Assembly (NCBI GenBank): GCA_973895155.1
Contig: OZ316898.1
Span: 17,722,752 to 17,786,751, forward strand
From: Marsupella aquatica
Taxonomy: Eukaryota; Plantae; Marchantiophyta
Direction: 5' to 3'
DNA: 64,000 nt
Shown here: piece after piece, positions 37,207 through 49,800 of the stretch
Position numbering within the stretch: the stretch's first letter is position 1
Layout of the letters: each line of letters opens with the position of its first letter
Notes under the pieces: generated by a model
What the model was told of the DNA's origin: nothing
Database searches by the model: none
What the model saw: only the letters and a program-made list of their open reading frames with translations
Translations under genes and position numbers: made by a program

Positions 37207-38552
37207 TCATCGTTTCTCACTCGTGATCGCCTCACTATCTGACAAGCTTAGCTCCAGGCGACGAATTGTGGCACTGATGCCATCCAGTTCCCCCACTCTC
37301 GATGATGCCGATTCTTTAGCATTAGCTTCCTCAGCCTGCTCCTGGAGTGTTGTCTGTAGGTACCCTGTGAATGACCAAGTATGATCAGCACGTCTCTCAA
37401 AACAGCGAAAAAAGTATGTTAGATATCCAGAAACGCATCCAAAGATGAGACACATTTGTAACTCACTCCACAATACAGACAGGCGAATCTTTCTGAGATG
37501 AACCATTTTCCTTCCTCTGTTAATAGCGTCTCTGAGAGACAATCTTTCATTCAACAGAATGTATGTTGACAGTCCGCTGGCACTGAAAACCAAAACTGAA
37601 CCACCGGCCATATAGAATGGGAAACGGAAAAGAAGGCTGCTGCCCAAACTTACCCAGCGGAAAGCAGAGCGTAGCTCCAAGCACAGAACCAACTGCTGCA
37701 GCCCTGGTACGCGTGAGGAACGAACCTGGCACTGGCCGTTTCAAGCAACGAGTTATGATGGCAATCATGCAGACCCGTTCCACCCACCTAATTTCAGACT
37801 CACAAATCTGCATACTAATCCAAAGACACCCTCTGCTCACAATAAACATATGCGAGTTTCATGTTCATGCAAAACAACCATTTGGGCCATAATTTTGTGA
37901 CCCACCAGCATAGGGAAAGAACGAAAGAACGGGAGATCCATATCTGATCGCAAAGACATGCACTTAATGTCAAGATTATAAGGCAAGGACTAACGTGTCG
38001 TACATGCCAAGCCAAAGGCAGCAGCGGTTGCAGAGCCAGCTGCAACCACATTTAGCGTATCATGGGCGTTGCGCTCCACTGCCATCCAACCCTGTATGCC
38101 ACAGAAAATGGCAGTGAAGGTGCCCAGTCTTGCACCCCCTAGCACTGTACCTCTCGCCATCCGTAAGACTCTTTGCTCCACCAGTTCTCTCCACATAAAC
38201 CTCTTTGTCTTCAAGTCCTTCCCTTCCTGCATTGGTGCGAGTACCGCACCATAGTGCTGCAGGACGATTGCAGATACTTTAGGAGAGTCTTCGCTTTGAA
38301 AACGTACGAATGCCAGGAATTGAGCAGCAAGTGTAGATAACTAATGAAACCGCGGAGAAGAGAGATAAAGCAATGGAAATAGATGCAGGACCTTACAGCA
38401 GAGCCAACAGCTTCTTTGGCCCCTCCGTACAGCATCCCCGCCAACACCCCAAAAGTTGTCTTGCTCCCCCATTCCTTAAACTCAGCCTCCATGGAAATGT
38501 GCTTTTGCCCAGCACTCTCAAGCTTTGCTGGACTGTTGGTACCCGCTTCCAT
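37207..38552 (-). CDS. Tim17/Tim22/Tim23-family membrane protein, At5g63000-like; exons 38552-38397, 38256-38004, 37731-37654, 37364-37207
   Basis: The phase-consistent GT-AG model gives EFKEWG..GVLAGMLYGGAKEA..RGTVLGGARLGTFTA..HDTLNVVAAGSATAAAFGL.LPGS..GSVLGATLCFPLGYLQ..ATIRRLE. Confidence 0.9.
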
Positions 38553-40469
38553 TCTTAGTGACAAAACTAAACTATTGTTCTCATCAAGTTCTCCACATCC
38601 GTTTCACTCTTGTCATGACGCCCTTGCCGAGGTGACTTGCAGTTGTTGTCTGCTCATCTTTCGTCTCTCGTTTGCTGTCTACTACTAGTCTTCATCTCTT
38701 CCTTCTGGTTAAATGCTATCCCTTGGATCAGCACTCTGGTTGTGGACTTGAAATTCAAAAATGCCCTGAAAGTTCGTACATGTTCAAATCTGAGATCCAT
38801 ACAAGAGACTTCCAGACTTGTAATCACAAGACATTATCACATAACTCATTTAAGTGCCATTACGATTACATATTACATAGTGAGAAGCCATTTCCCTTTC
38901 CTCCATTACTGAAGTGCTAGTCATCATCCCTACTCTTCTCGCCCAAATTACCATGAGATCGATTAGCATCGTAAGACATCTCTCTGTAGACTGCGAAGTG
39001 TGCAATTATTATTTGAGGACTGTGCACATGAAGACTTGTGTACTCTGCAAACGAAATGAAATAAAACTGGACGATACGCTAATGAAATTCCCTAACCAAA
39101 ACCATGCTGGTAATTATAAAATTCACAAGGAAAGAAATTGTCGTAAATCCTTGCCGAGTGTCCTACCATATTTGATTGCATAACATATGTACCCTATACC
39201 CTTCCCGCATACAATTTGCTATTCAACTGCAAAAATCCGGAAGCAGCTATATCACGAGAAGTGAACAGAGGAACTCTGAAGTAACAAAATGATGAGACGA
39301 ATTAATGCCTTCGAAACACTTTGTGCATGTGTTTGACTTCTGACTGCCTCACTCACAAACGCCCTGGTTCCAACATGGGCTGCCCACAAACATATTTTGC
39401 AAGCACTGGGAGACTTAAATCGAAACTGTTAATACAGAATAGCGTGTTTCCGATCTCTTCCTCCCCAAGAGGGTGAATCGAAACCGTCATTTTCAACTCT
39501 GTAATTTCCTTGATGTTTTCATCATTCAGATTCCAAATATCGTTGGGCTAACCCTGGGAATGAATGTGAGTAATTGATTAAAGTTGGTGAGAGATGATAG
39601 CCCTTGTTGACGACGAACAAGAATTAATCCTTCAGATTTGTGCTTCCTGTATAGAAATCCGGGGACACTCAAAGCTATGGATAATAGAGAATATTCATCT
39701 CTGCAAAATGGGTTCCAGTCTTTCGTTGATCATAGAAAAGAGAGGCGAGCAACGAATTTTATACCCGAGAGAAATCTTCTACGCGATTGACATGTCTACA
39801 GTAGCTTCACTGTAAAATTGACAATTTTATCTAGACAAGTGGACAGCCCAATTCTGCATTGCCACTTGACAGTAAAGCCGAGCCAGATCACAAGTCGACC
39901 AAACTTTTGTTCTATGGGATTTGATTTAGCTCCTTCCATGTTTTTGGCTGTGGAGAATTAGAGACGGGACAAAGAAACAGTCGAAACTCTGTAGAACGAG
40001 CTAAACCCTAAACCGAGTTAGATCACACGCGGAACAATTTCTTCCCTCCATAGGAATTCTGTAGCTCGTATAACTTTACGTGATTTTGATCCAGTGATCC
40101 ATTTCAGTTCCAACGGTCTTTCAATTCATCCATTCGGCCACTGCCAAAGATTCAAAGATCATGATGCTTCTCATGCTTTCAAAAGTCGGACAGAAGCTGC
40201 AAAACAAAAAGATTCGGGGCACAGGCAGAACGAGTTGACGAACCTGAGTAGCCACAGAAGAGGAAAGAAGCAGAAGCGGTGAGGATGCGCTGCACCGATC
40301 GACGAGCTCTCCTGACTATCGGCACCAATCGGAAGTCCAAACTTGGCCACATACATTAAGTGTAGCTCTCAGAGTTTTCGATCTATGGCATGCCCTCTCC
40401 ACCTACGACAGTGCAATTTTCCTCCCCTCCCTCTTCAGCTATCACTTCCTTCCTTGACCATTATATATC

Positions 40470-41265
40470 ACACTACAAAAGAAACCATTCTATAAATTAC
40501 ACTGCAAAATGAACAAGAGGCCCCCAAAAGGGGAGAGAGGGGTCTCCAGGCAAAAGGCCCAATTCAAGAGAGGCCAGCAAAAAAACTACAAAGAAAAAGG
40601 CCCGCCGATTGGACCAAAACTACAAATAAAAAAGCCCACGGATTGGACCCTATCTATCTGCAACTGCAAACCCTGGTAGAGCTTTGGGGTGAACTACATA
40701 GGGTGGGTCTAACAACTTCACCTGTCTAGCTGCCCTAGCGCCACTGTCTCACCGCTACAAAGAATAGTGAATGTTTGATCCAGCTGGAGTGCAACTGACA
40801 CTCTCTGTCGAAAAAAGGCCGTGATGATGGACACTGGTGGATAGGCCTCCACTCGGCAGAAAGAACCGCACAGGATCATAAGAAGTGGTCAAAGGTCGGA
40901 TAAAGCGCCCCAAAAACCTCAATGGCAAAGGGGTAGAAGAGATCGTCAGGGTACCAAATAGCGTGGGCCTCCTCCTTCAGCCGTGCAGCCCTAGCAGTTG
41001 CGTGACCAGGGACATGAGCTGTCATGGCAACATTGGCCCCACTGGTTGGGTCAGCAACAACCACATCCCCGAGGGCCCAAACTCTAGCACGCAAAAAGAC
41101 GAGGTCAGCACGGTGGCGATCAGGAACACCGTCCCGAGGAGGCAAAACATGTCTTTGCTCCATGGACACATGGTAGCCCAAGTCTTTTGCAATGGCAGCA
41201 ATCACATCCCGAATGTCATTGTCGGTAGTGGTCCTCTCACTACATCGTGGGTAGCGATCCTCCTT
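40470..41265 (-). mobile_element. 5'-truncated CRE-type non-LTR retrotransposon remnant (restriction-like endonuclease domain)
   Basis: DIRDVIAAIAKDLGYHVSMEQ..RADLV..GDVVVADP..AARLKE..FYPFAIEVFG..FL, then after a stop and frameshift FFRQRVSVALQ. This is a PD-(D/E)xK RLE signature. The 3' boundary is approximate. Confidence 0.8.
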
Positions 41266-41384
41266 GACCTTAATTAACGACTACTGTCCATCATCTCACA
41301 TCCATCCACCATGTTTCACCATTTACACAAGAAGTTTTCCAAAATTGTGGAGTTTCAACATTTATAGGAGATTTTTTTCTAAAA

Positions 41385-41722
41385 TTGTGGAGTGTGTGTT
41401 TCACTATTTATGTTAAACCACACCTGCCACTATAAAAGCCTCATTCCATGGCTCACTACTCACCATAAAAGGTGGAACACTAGCACTTTTGTGCACTACT
41501 TGCCAAAAAAAGCTTTTGCATTCAGCACCTTTTGTGGAGCTCAAAGTCCATTTCTGAACTTGTACTCTACAAAATGAGAGCTACGGGTTACCCGTAGCCC
41601 TTTATAGGGGCAGGTGTGGTTTAAACTAGCCCAATGGTTGTGGAATGTGTTTCACTATTTATATTAGACTAGTCCAATGCTTGAGGAGTGTGTTTCACTA
41701 TTTATATTAGACTAGCCCAATG
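41385..41722. repeat. 3 x ~44-bp tandem repeat, first unit interrupted by a MITE
   Basis: Units of GTGTTTCACTATTTAT(A/G)TTA(G/A)ACTAG.CCAATG. Confidence 0.8.
41417..41620. mobile_element. 204-bp MITE with TTAA target-site duplication
   Basis: TIRs ACCACACCTGCCACTATAAA / TTTATAGGGGCAGGTGTGGT match at 19/20, with TTAA on both sides. Neighbouring repeat units show the empty site. Confidence 0.8.
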
Positions 41723-43347
41723 CATGTGCGTCACACAGAAAATGTGTGAGATGAGACAAAGAAGTGCAGAGGAGACCAGGACAACTACAAGAGGGCATTG
41801 AAGTGGGTGATGAAGCTGCAGCGACAGAGGGTCCAAGCATGGTCAAGCTGTACTGGGAGGGAGGAGGGTTTAAATCGCCACTGGCCATATATAAGGGGGA
41901 AGGGTCTGAGACTTCTCCATTTTTCACATTATACTCATTCCACTTCCTTACTATGCTACTTTGCTCCACAATTTCAGGAAAAGTGTATTATTAATTGGTG
42001 AAACCTGGTGGATCTATGGTTGTCATGACTAGTCGAGGTTTACAGACAAAAATCCCATGTTTTCCCTTTCTCTCCTCCCTTTCCCCATATGGAAGGGTGC
42101 TTGCAGGCGTAGGAGGGCTATGGCCGTAGTGTCAGGATTCCGGTCATGTTGCTGCAGGGGTGCTGGAGGGAGGGCGGGTTTTGGCAAATGCAACAGACAC
42201 AACAAAAAGATCTCAGAAGTGCCCAACCATTCTGAATAGTTAGATATTTAAGATCAATTGTATTTGTAACCTTCATACTATAAATTCTTAGTTTCTATTT
42301 AACTTGAGTAACCTGGTGCGTAACACTCTTGGAAAACGTATAGTATTCCCAAGCTAGTGAGGGCTCTTAACTTTAATTAAGTCCTTCCTCCTGTCTGTCT
42401 GTCCATCTATTTCCAGGGTCCTTTGCCTGGTTGGCAGCTAGCAAGGGCTCTACAGTAGCGGAACATTGGCCCAAGCATCCACTCCACCGCATTTATAGGA
42501 TAATGACAGTCTGGGCAGGGGGTTACTAAGCTCTAACCCTAGAACAAGAAAGTAAAAAAAACTGACGAGCAATATTGTATTAACGAAGGAGGGCCCTCTC
42601 TCAACTAGCTTTGCGAGGGCTAACATTTTTGTATGTATATCTATACTAAAATATGTAATTAAAATGTACCATTCATGACCCACTCTGTTCAAAGAAGCCA
42701 TATGCAATTCTTTCTCTGGTATCAGAGAGTTTTGATATTTAGACTATACTTGTGAGAAGGGACAGGTATGGAGAGTCTAGGTAAAGGGAGCCCTAGCTTT
42801 CTTGTGCATATGCATGAGTATATGGGCTAGTATCAGGTAATATTTGCCTAATGCCAAGGTTGAGAATGGCTTTGGCTCGTTTGCTCTCCCCCAATGATTT
42901 CTCCATATTGGAAGAGTTGATCCACAAGTAATATACTTCATGTGAAGCCTCCTACTATGCAGATAACATAACTTGATGTGTTATGGCACCAAACAAGAGC
43001 ATTAGTGTAGATATTGTAAAAGCCATACAAAACTCCCCATAGGAAGAACTTGCATCAAGGTAGCCTTTTGGACATAGCTTTTTGGAATATATATATATAG
43101 CCCTTTTGTCTCCAATGCATCTGTATAGATGTGTATGTGTAGGATATTGAAAGTCTGGCAAAGGGTTACTAGGCTGCAATTCTATGACCAAAAAGTGAGA
43201 AAAATCTGACCAATGGTAACATGACCTTGTTTGAGCATTTTGGAGCAGGGTTCAAACCAGAACCCAGCCCAGACTATCATTATAATACTTAAATTCAGTA
43301 TGAAATCTCTTATGAAATCAAGTTAATTATCATGGATTTTGGGGCAG

Positions 43348-43415
43348 TACTTCAGACAAGTTGAGAGCAGTTGAGACAAGTTGAGAGCTGCTTACTTCAG
43401 ACAAGTTGAGAGCAG
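43348..43415. repeat. Short tandem repeat AGACAAGTTGAGAGC x3
   Basis: Read directly from the sequence. Confidence 0.8.
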
Positions 43416-43806
43416 TGTTTTGGATTTGAATTTTTGTTGTGCAACTTTCTGATAGTCTTGCAAGGCTCCTTAAAAAAGTTAAAAGATTTCCCTGATAGAA
43501 TTGAGTTTCAAAATTTACATAGATTCTAGACTAAAACTTTAGAGTCCTTTTCCCTTCAAGCCTGTGGCATTATTTTTGTGATTGATGTTGGACTTCCACA
43601 AGTTCGAGCTGAACAACGGTTGATTGTGCTCGTTACTCATACAATGACAATTCTTTTGTTTATTGGATGGAGACTTTCATCCACAAGCTCTTGGCCAGCC
43701 CTGATGGTTCTTTCTTACACTCTGAACCCAACATGTTCAACTTCCTTGGAGTTGAAATTGAATATTTATGCCCTGGTTCACCAACTCAATTTGATCTAGT
43801 CAGAGT

Positions 43807-46800
43807 CTAAAGAGTAGATACTTCCCCAGTGGTTGTCGGAGATTCAGATCTGTCATATATAACTCTCAAAAGATCTCGAAAAAACCAAAGCCCATCTCCC
43901 TGTGAGGGAAGAGTATCCAACCCAACTTCGCCTCTGGTACAAGAACGTATGCACAAATCTAGTTCCTCCCTGCACATGTTGTAGACACAATTTTCAGCAT
44001 AGTTGAAGCGTTTGTCTAATTTGCCTAATTAACATTGGGCAATGAAAATGAAATTGTACATGCGGTATAGATCTTTGAAATGAATTGCAATGGTGATAGA
44101 TAATGCTTTCTGATGTTGTGTTCACGGCCTCCAATAGATCAAACAAAATTTATAACTGTTTGACTTATGTTGGTGGACGACACTATTCCGGGCAACAATA
44201 CTTCCATTCTGGCAGGCTATGAGTTGAATTGTTGTGAAAATGTGGGTTTCACATAGCCTGCTTTATTCCCCAAACTCCTCAACTACATACTAGATAGATC
44301 GGACAATAGGAAAGACACAAGAAGAAGAGGAGTAGCCAGTGGATCACAGAAATGACCTCGTCATCTTTTCCCCTTCCTCTAGCAGATTCTTGATAAGTAC
44401 TTGAAGCGATAACTTCCCTGTGACTGGATCCGCTCCCAGTTCCTGCAAAAACATTTTCTTAAACATGTGCAGATGTCTCATAGTACTTCAACCTTTTGCA
44501 CAATTTAGAAGAATTGTCTATGTCAACTACAAGTCTATGGTTTTATCATTCTTACATCTCTAAAGATTGATTAAGCTTGCACAATAGCACAAAGGGTTGT
44601 GTCTTACATTGAGAGCGTGTTGGACTGAAGTCTCATCAACATCAATGACAGGCTTGTGAGCCATGTAGATTTGAAAGAAGTCGTCAAAATGCACCCTCTC
44701 TACCGGACTTTTCCTTTCTTTGTTGATGCTGCAGGTCGGACACATGTGTGAGAATCTCAATCTGAATAGCTGTTTAAGAAACTGAACTATGTTGAACGAT
44801 TGTACTTCTTTACTAGTCTGTTAGTCATTGGCCTTTGTATGACAAAGCCAAACATCTTCGAGAAAATACCAAACGTCTTCTCCAAGAAAATATCGAGCTA
44901 CTACCATAGTGAGGATCAGTCACCAAACAAGGGCCTTAGTGAGGTTCTTACGGACGTTCATTGAGCTCATCCATAATCCCTTTGAGATCTCCTTTGGAGA
45001 AGTAAAGGCCAAGACCATTATAGCATTCCATCATGTGATCTACAATCAAGGTTGCATCAAGATTTCTCTCTTCGACAGTATCTTCGATCTATACTTCAAT
45101 TGAAAACAAAAACACAATTATTTCATCAACGTCTGAACTGTGAAAATCGGTCCAATGGTTACTAGGTTTAATCTGTGAGTGAGTTAACAAACAAATACTT
45201 TGGTGGAAAAGAAAAATGTGAGCATGACTCAGTATTGTGTTTCTTCCTATGAAGAACTCAATGAACAAGTCATTTTATTACAAGCACATTTAATTGGCAT
45301 TCACAGATTCCTTGGAGAAATAAATTGAGGTAGTAACACACGATTAATCATGACATGGGACTCAAAATGGACTGAGATTCAGGTGCATCTCCTAATGTAA
45401 TTGTGGACATCCCTTGGAGTGGGTGCTTTTTCTCTCTAGCATGGTTTTGACGGGCTTGACCCCACGGGGAATTGTCCCCTTCTTCAAAATATTGTATAAA
45501 CAATTCTTTTGCCGTTGACAGTTTTTCCTGTACCTTTTCCCGAAGTTGTGAGTAGAAGAAGTAATGTTGCACTCTGTCCACAACTGAAAACTCCACTCCT
45601 GGATAATAGCCAGCTAATTTTCCTTCCAGCTCCACATAAGCAGTCCATGAAGGGATGTTGATGCGCCACACCAAAACCATGCTGATAAGCATGGATGACA
45701 TACCACTTTATCACGTGCAGATGGCTATTAAATTGCTATTAATGTGTCACAATCTATGCCTACAAGGGGATGGGGAAGAGTCTAAATGGTCAAGATCGAG
45801 TCACATCATTCCTCTAATTTTGGTTGACATATACTTCTAGATCAATTGAGATCACAGCGAGCTAGTTGACATGCGTGGATTGACATGCGTGGATTGACAT
45901 GTGATTCCAGACCAGCGCCATCTTAGCAAGTTGAGACATGTCTGGATTCTCATTGAATCCACTGGCTCACTGGAAACGGAGGAAAACTATTGTGGCCACC
46001 CCAAGACACAGGTTATGAGCTAGTGCTCTAAAACGCGTTGCTTCCATTCAATTGCAATCCACTTGTTGGGTCAATCTTGCTGTCATTTTGTATGTGCTCT
46101 GGTGACTAATCTGGGTATAAACCTTTGAGCATTTTTTTACCTTTGATCATGCCTTTGAAACAAACCCTTTTTTGTCAGCGAGTTTCAAAATCTACTTAGA
46201 TGATAAGATTTCACACCTGTCAGCGCCAGAACAAGTGATGACAAACTGGGAATCATGGCTAACTTCCATACAAGCAATAGGACCAGCATGTGCAACAACC
46301 CCCATGAATTGCAGATAACTTCTATCCTCGGTTGGGGGTGTCATAAGTCCAATCACTGCATCTTTCGTGGCATAAATTAGATGGTCCTGGCCAACAAAAA
46401 ATAAGATCAAAAGTAAACCAAATTGATTTTGGGGTGAAGTCAATCAACATACATTCACATTGCAACTGTTGTTGGGAAAAAACTCGGTGTTGCGGTCGAG
46501 TAATGAGATCCTAGGACCCAGCAATTTAGATTTAATACAGAGAAAGGCCCCTTGATCAACAAGTAGTGATTGAGAACACAGAAGTGAGCTTTGCAAGCTC
46601 CTAAGATAATCCAGAAGAGCTTAGATTTTTAACTAAGAGCTGATTAATTTTAAGCTTTATTTGGGAACAAACCCAACTCAGAGCTCAACATATAGAATAG
46701 TGCTATCATAGTACCAAATTGTCTGCATTTCAGCACTTGTTTGGACTGTAGACCCTTAAATCAGGATTTGACAAGTGTACAGTACCTGTTGAGTTGCCGA

Positions 46801-49800
46801 ATCATGTATCATTGTATATCTCTTCACAGCAGTTCCAAAAACTGGGCCCAGAAATGTCTTGACATTGTGAAAATTCTCAGCATCATAAACACGTACTTTG
46901 AAACCCTCATCTGTAGTAATCACTTGCAACTGCATATAGATTTCATCCCACTTTGTCAAAAACTACTTGTACAGTCCATTGCTTAGAGGGTGCTTTGGAA
47001 TCTTTGCCTTCAACGAGGCATGCTCTCACTTCAAGGGGTGATAACAATAGACAGCAGTAATATTCAGATCTATGCTAGGACAATAACAACTCTCATATTA
47101 TTTTTATGTCAATGGAAAATTATTGAATTCTGATCACAATTGACAGGCTGTATTGGATAAAATATCAATTTTCAGTAACAATAGCAAAGTTGATTAATCA
47201 TGAACTTTTGAGAGTCAAGGGTTTCACTCAAATTACACAAAGAAAAGTACATAAATAGTTGGCCAATAGAATATCAAAGGCATTAAAGCTGTTGTGCATG
47301 TGTAGCAATTCTGCCTCTTTGGCTTATAAGTGAGACAATAAGGTAGCCACCAAACAACCCATCTATTTTCTGGAATTACAAATTTACAAATTTAAGAGAG
47401 AGAAGGGCACCTCATTTGCTGTAGACTTTGTCATCATGGCAATTGGGAGAGCAAGGGAATTGAGCTGCCACATTCCTTTCAACTTCATCCCCGTTTCTAC
47501 AAAAGACTTGTTGAGGTCATACTCAACAATCATACAGTCCTGCAACAAACTAGAGACATATTATTAATATCCGTGGCTGCCATCTGTTTCTGGGATCTAG
47601 AGCACAAGAAAAGAAACCTCTTATGACTCCCGTTTGCTCACTTATCTGTTGCCCAGGCAGTTCAAAATGAGAACCTGCTACTTGGCATCCGGGTATCAAG
47701 TCTAATTCCATTTGTTTCCCTGAAATAATTGAGATAGCTACAATACCATGTTTTACTCTCCATAAATGTAACCTTACAGATCCACCATATACCACCCTGA
47801 TATGCACTGTAGCTGGAGATGCCAACATACTTGCCCTATGGAGAATAATCTATTTGCTCCACTTTCATTTGTAGCGAAGAGCAAGCCTGTGATCTGCTTT
47901 GCATGTGATCTGTACTTTCCAACACATTCCCACTTTTCATCCGCCTGAAACCGATCAAAACAGGCCGAAAGTCAGCTGTGTTATTTGCTTGTTTCATCCA
48001 GATTTATTTTAATGTTAAACTTTATTGAATGACTTATAGCTGAGATTTAATTCTCTTCTTAGTCACTTACTCTGCTTTCAGTCTTCCAGATGACGTAATG
48101 TCCAAGCTAATGCTCACTCAAATGCAAATGACTTGACAAAGGCCAGGAGTCTGAGAACCTGTGGTGCCTCACCACTAGAAGAGAAACTTGGAGCCATGGG
48201 ACATCATTAGGATTAGTGACAGGAGCCTTCTTGATGTCCACAATGATCTAAAACCCACAGCAATTCCATCAGTAATTGCTAAATGAAAGCACTTAGTTGC
48301 ACTCAGTGCACATGGAGTTAACAAGAATACCTTTCAGTATATGACATAATGCATTTGAAAGACGTCCAAAACACATTGCATCTTACACTTGTGTCAGCTA
48401 CAAGTGTAATCTTTGGCATTTCAGATTTACCACATCCAGTTCTTGATGCCAAAATACAGAGGTGCTCTGATATGATATTGCACCTTCACAAGTTTGCAGT
48501 AAAGAAGAGAAACGGCCCAAGTGGCATCGGCAGTTGCAATGTAACAACCATCCTTTGAGAATTCCACCTATTAAGAAGAGCCAAGCATTTAGTAATGCTG
48601 CCAATTAATGAAACTAGCTTAATTCTTTCTCCTTCAATATCAATTGAACGAGTTGAGTCACATCAACCTGAAATGATTTCAGATCAGTCCACCCAACTTA
48701 ATAATCAATGAAGCAACAATGACTCAATTTGCTTGCGAAAGGTTAAGTGACTTTTTTCAACGAACCCCCACTATATTCACTATTAGAGAATACATGTTCA
48801 TCTGACATAAATTTTCATAGCAAAAACTTCTACTATTGGCTGTAAAGTGAAAATTCTGTCAGCAAATTTGCTGCATTCCGGTCTCTCAAATTTGCATGGA
48901 ATACAAGAAAATAAGGCTGCACTATGTACTTTGTTTGCCTCGGCCAAAAGCTCCCTAGCAAGAGAAACTTAGCTGAGATTAACAAATCTGACAAACACAT
49001 GATAAAGAGATAACATGGTTACTGTAGCACTGTGCACAAAATACACAAATCTCTACTTTAGCACTTGCCAGAGAGATGCTTGACCTTGTATAGGAAAAGC
49101 TTTGAAAATCTTGAAGAGTTTCAGGCACAAGTAACTGCAGGCACTGACAAATCAGATGTTACAAGAGCAACGATATCGTCAACTTCCAATCAGTGGTCAA
49201 GTGATGAGGCAAGTTTAAAATATGACTTCTTATCCGCACACTACGTACACAATATCAAACAAAAGAGAGAACTAGAAGGCAAAAATTTTCTAATGTTCAC
49301 TTTGCACACAAGAAAATAACTGCTACTCTCCAAATAGGAAACTTGGTTGCTAAAGATCTCCATGTGCAAACATGCAATTTCATGCATTTATCAAAGCTAA
49401 AAAGGGCAAGGTGCAAAACCAGCCTTAAAAACCCCGTTCGTACAACCAACAGCGAGTAAATTTCCAGATGGAGAATACTGGACACAAGATACCTGTGAAC
49501 AAGAAAAGAAACATGAAAACTGTAGGTCATTTTGTGATTCTATCAAAACTCTATGTTGTGACAAAGTGAGTTTTGATTTTGAGAAAAGAGGACTAGTTTG
49601 GATTGAAATACACGTCAAGAATACTTTACTTACCCATGACAATCAACAAATTACAACAACAGAAAACGACAAATTACAAAAATGTCCAAAGCTACGTTAG
49701 TACCTTTCCCCTTGTACGCCCTTGCTCCACAAAAGTCTCCACTAAGTGTCTTTGTTGGTATTTTGCAGGGTAAAAATTTTGCACACACTCATACGGATCA

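Noticed and set aside
41724-42325. Solo LTR (TATA-like box, ends GCGTAACA)
   Set aside because: No matching TG start or TSD could be established.
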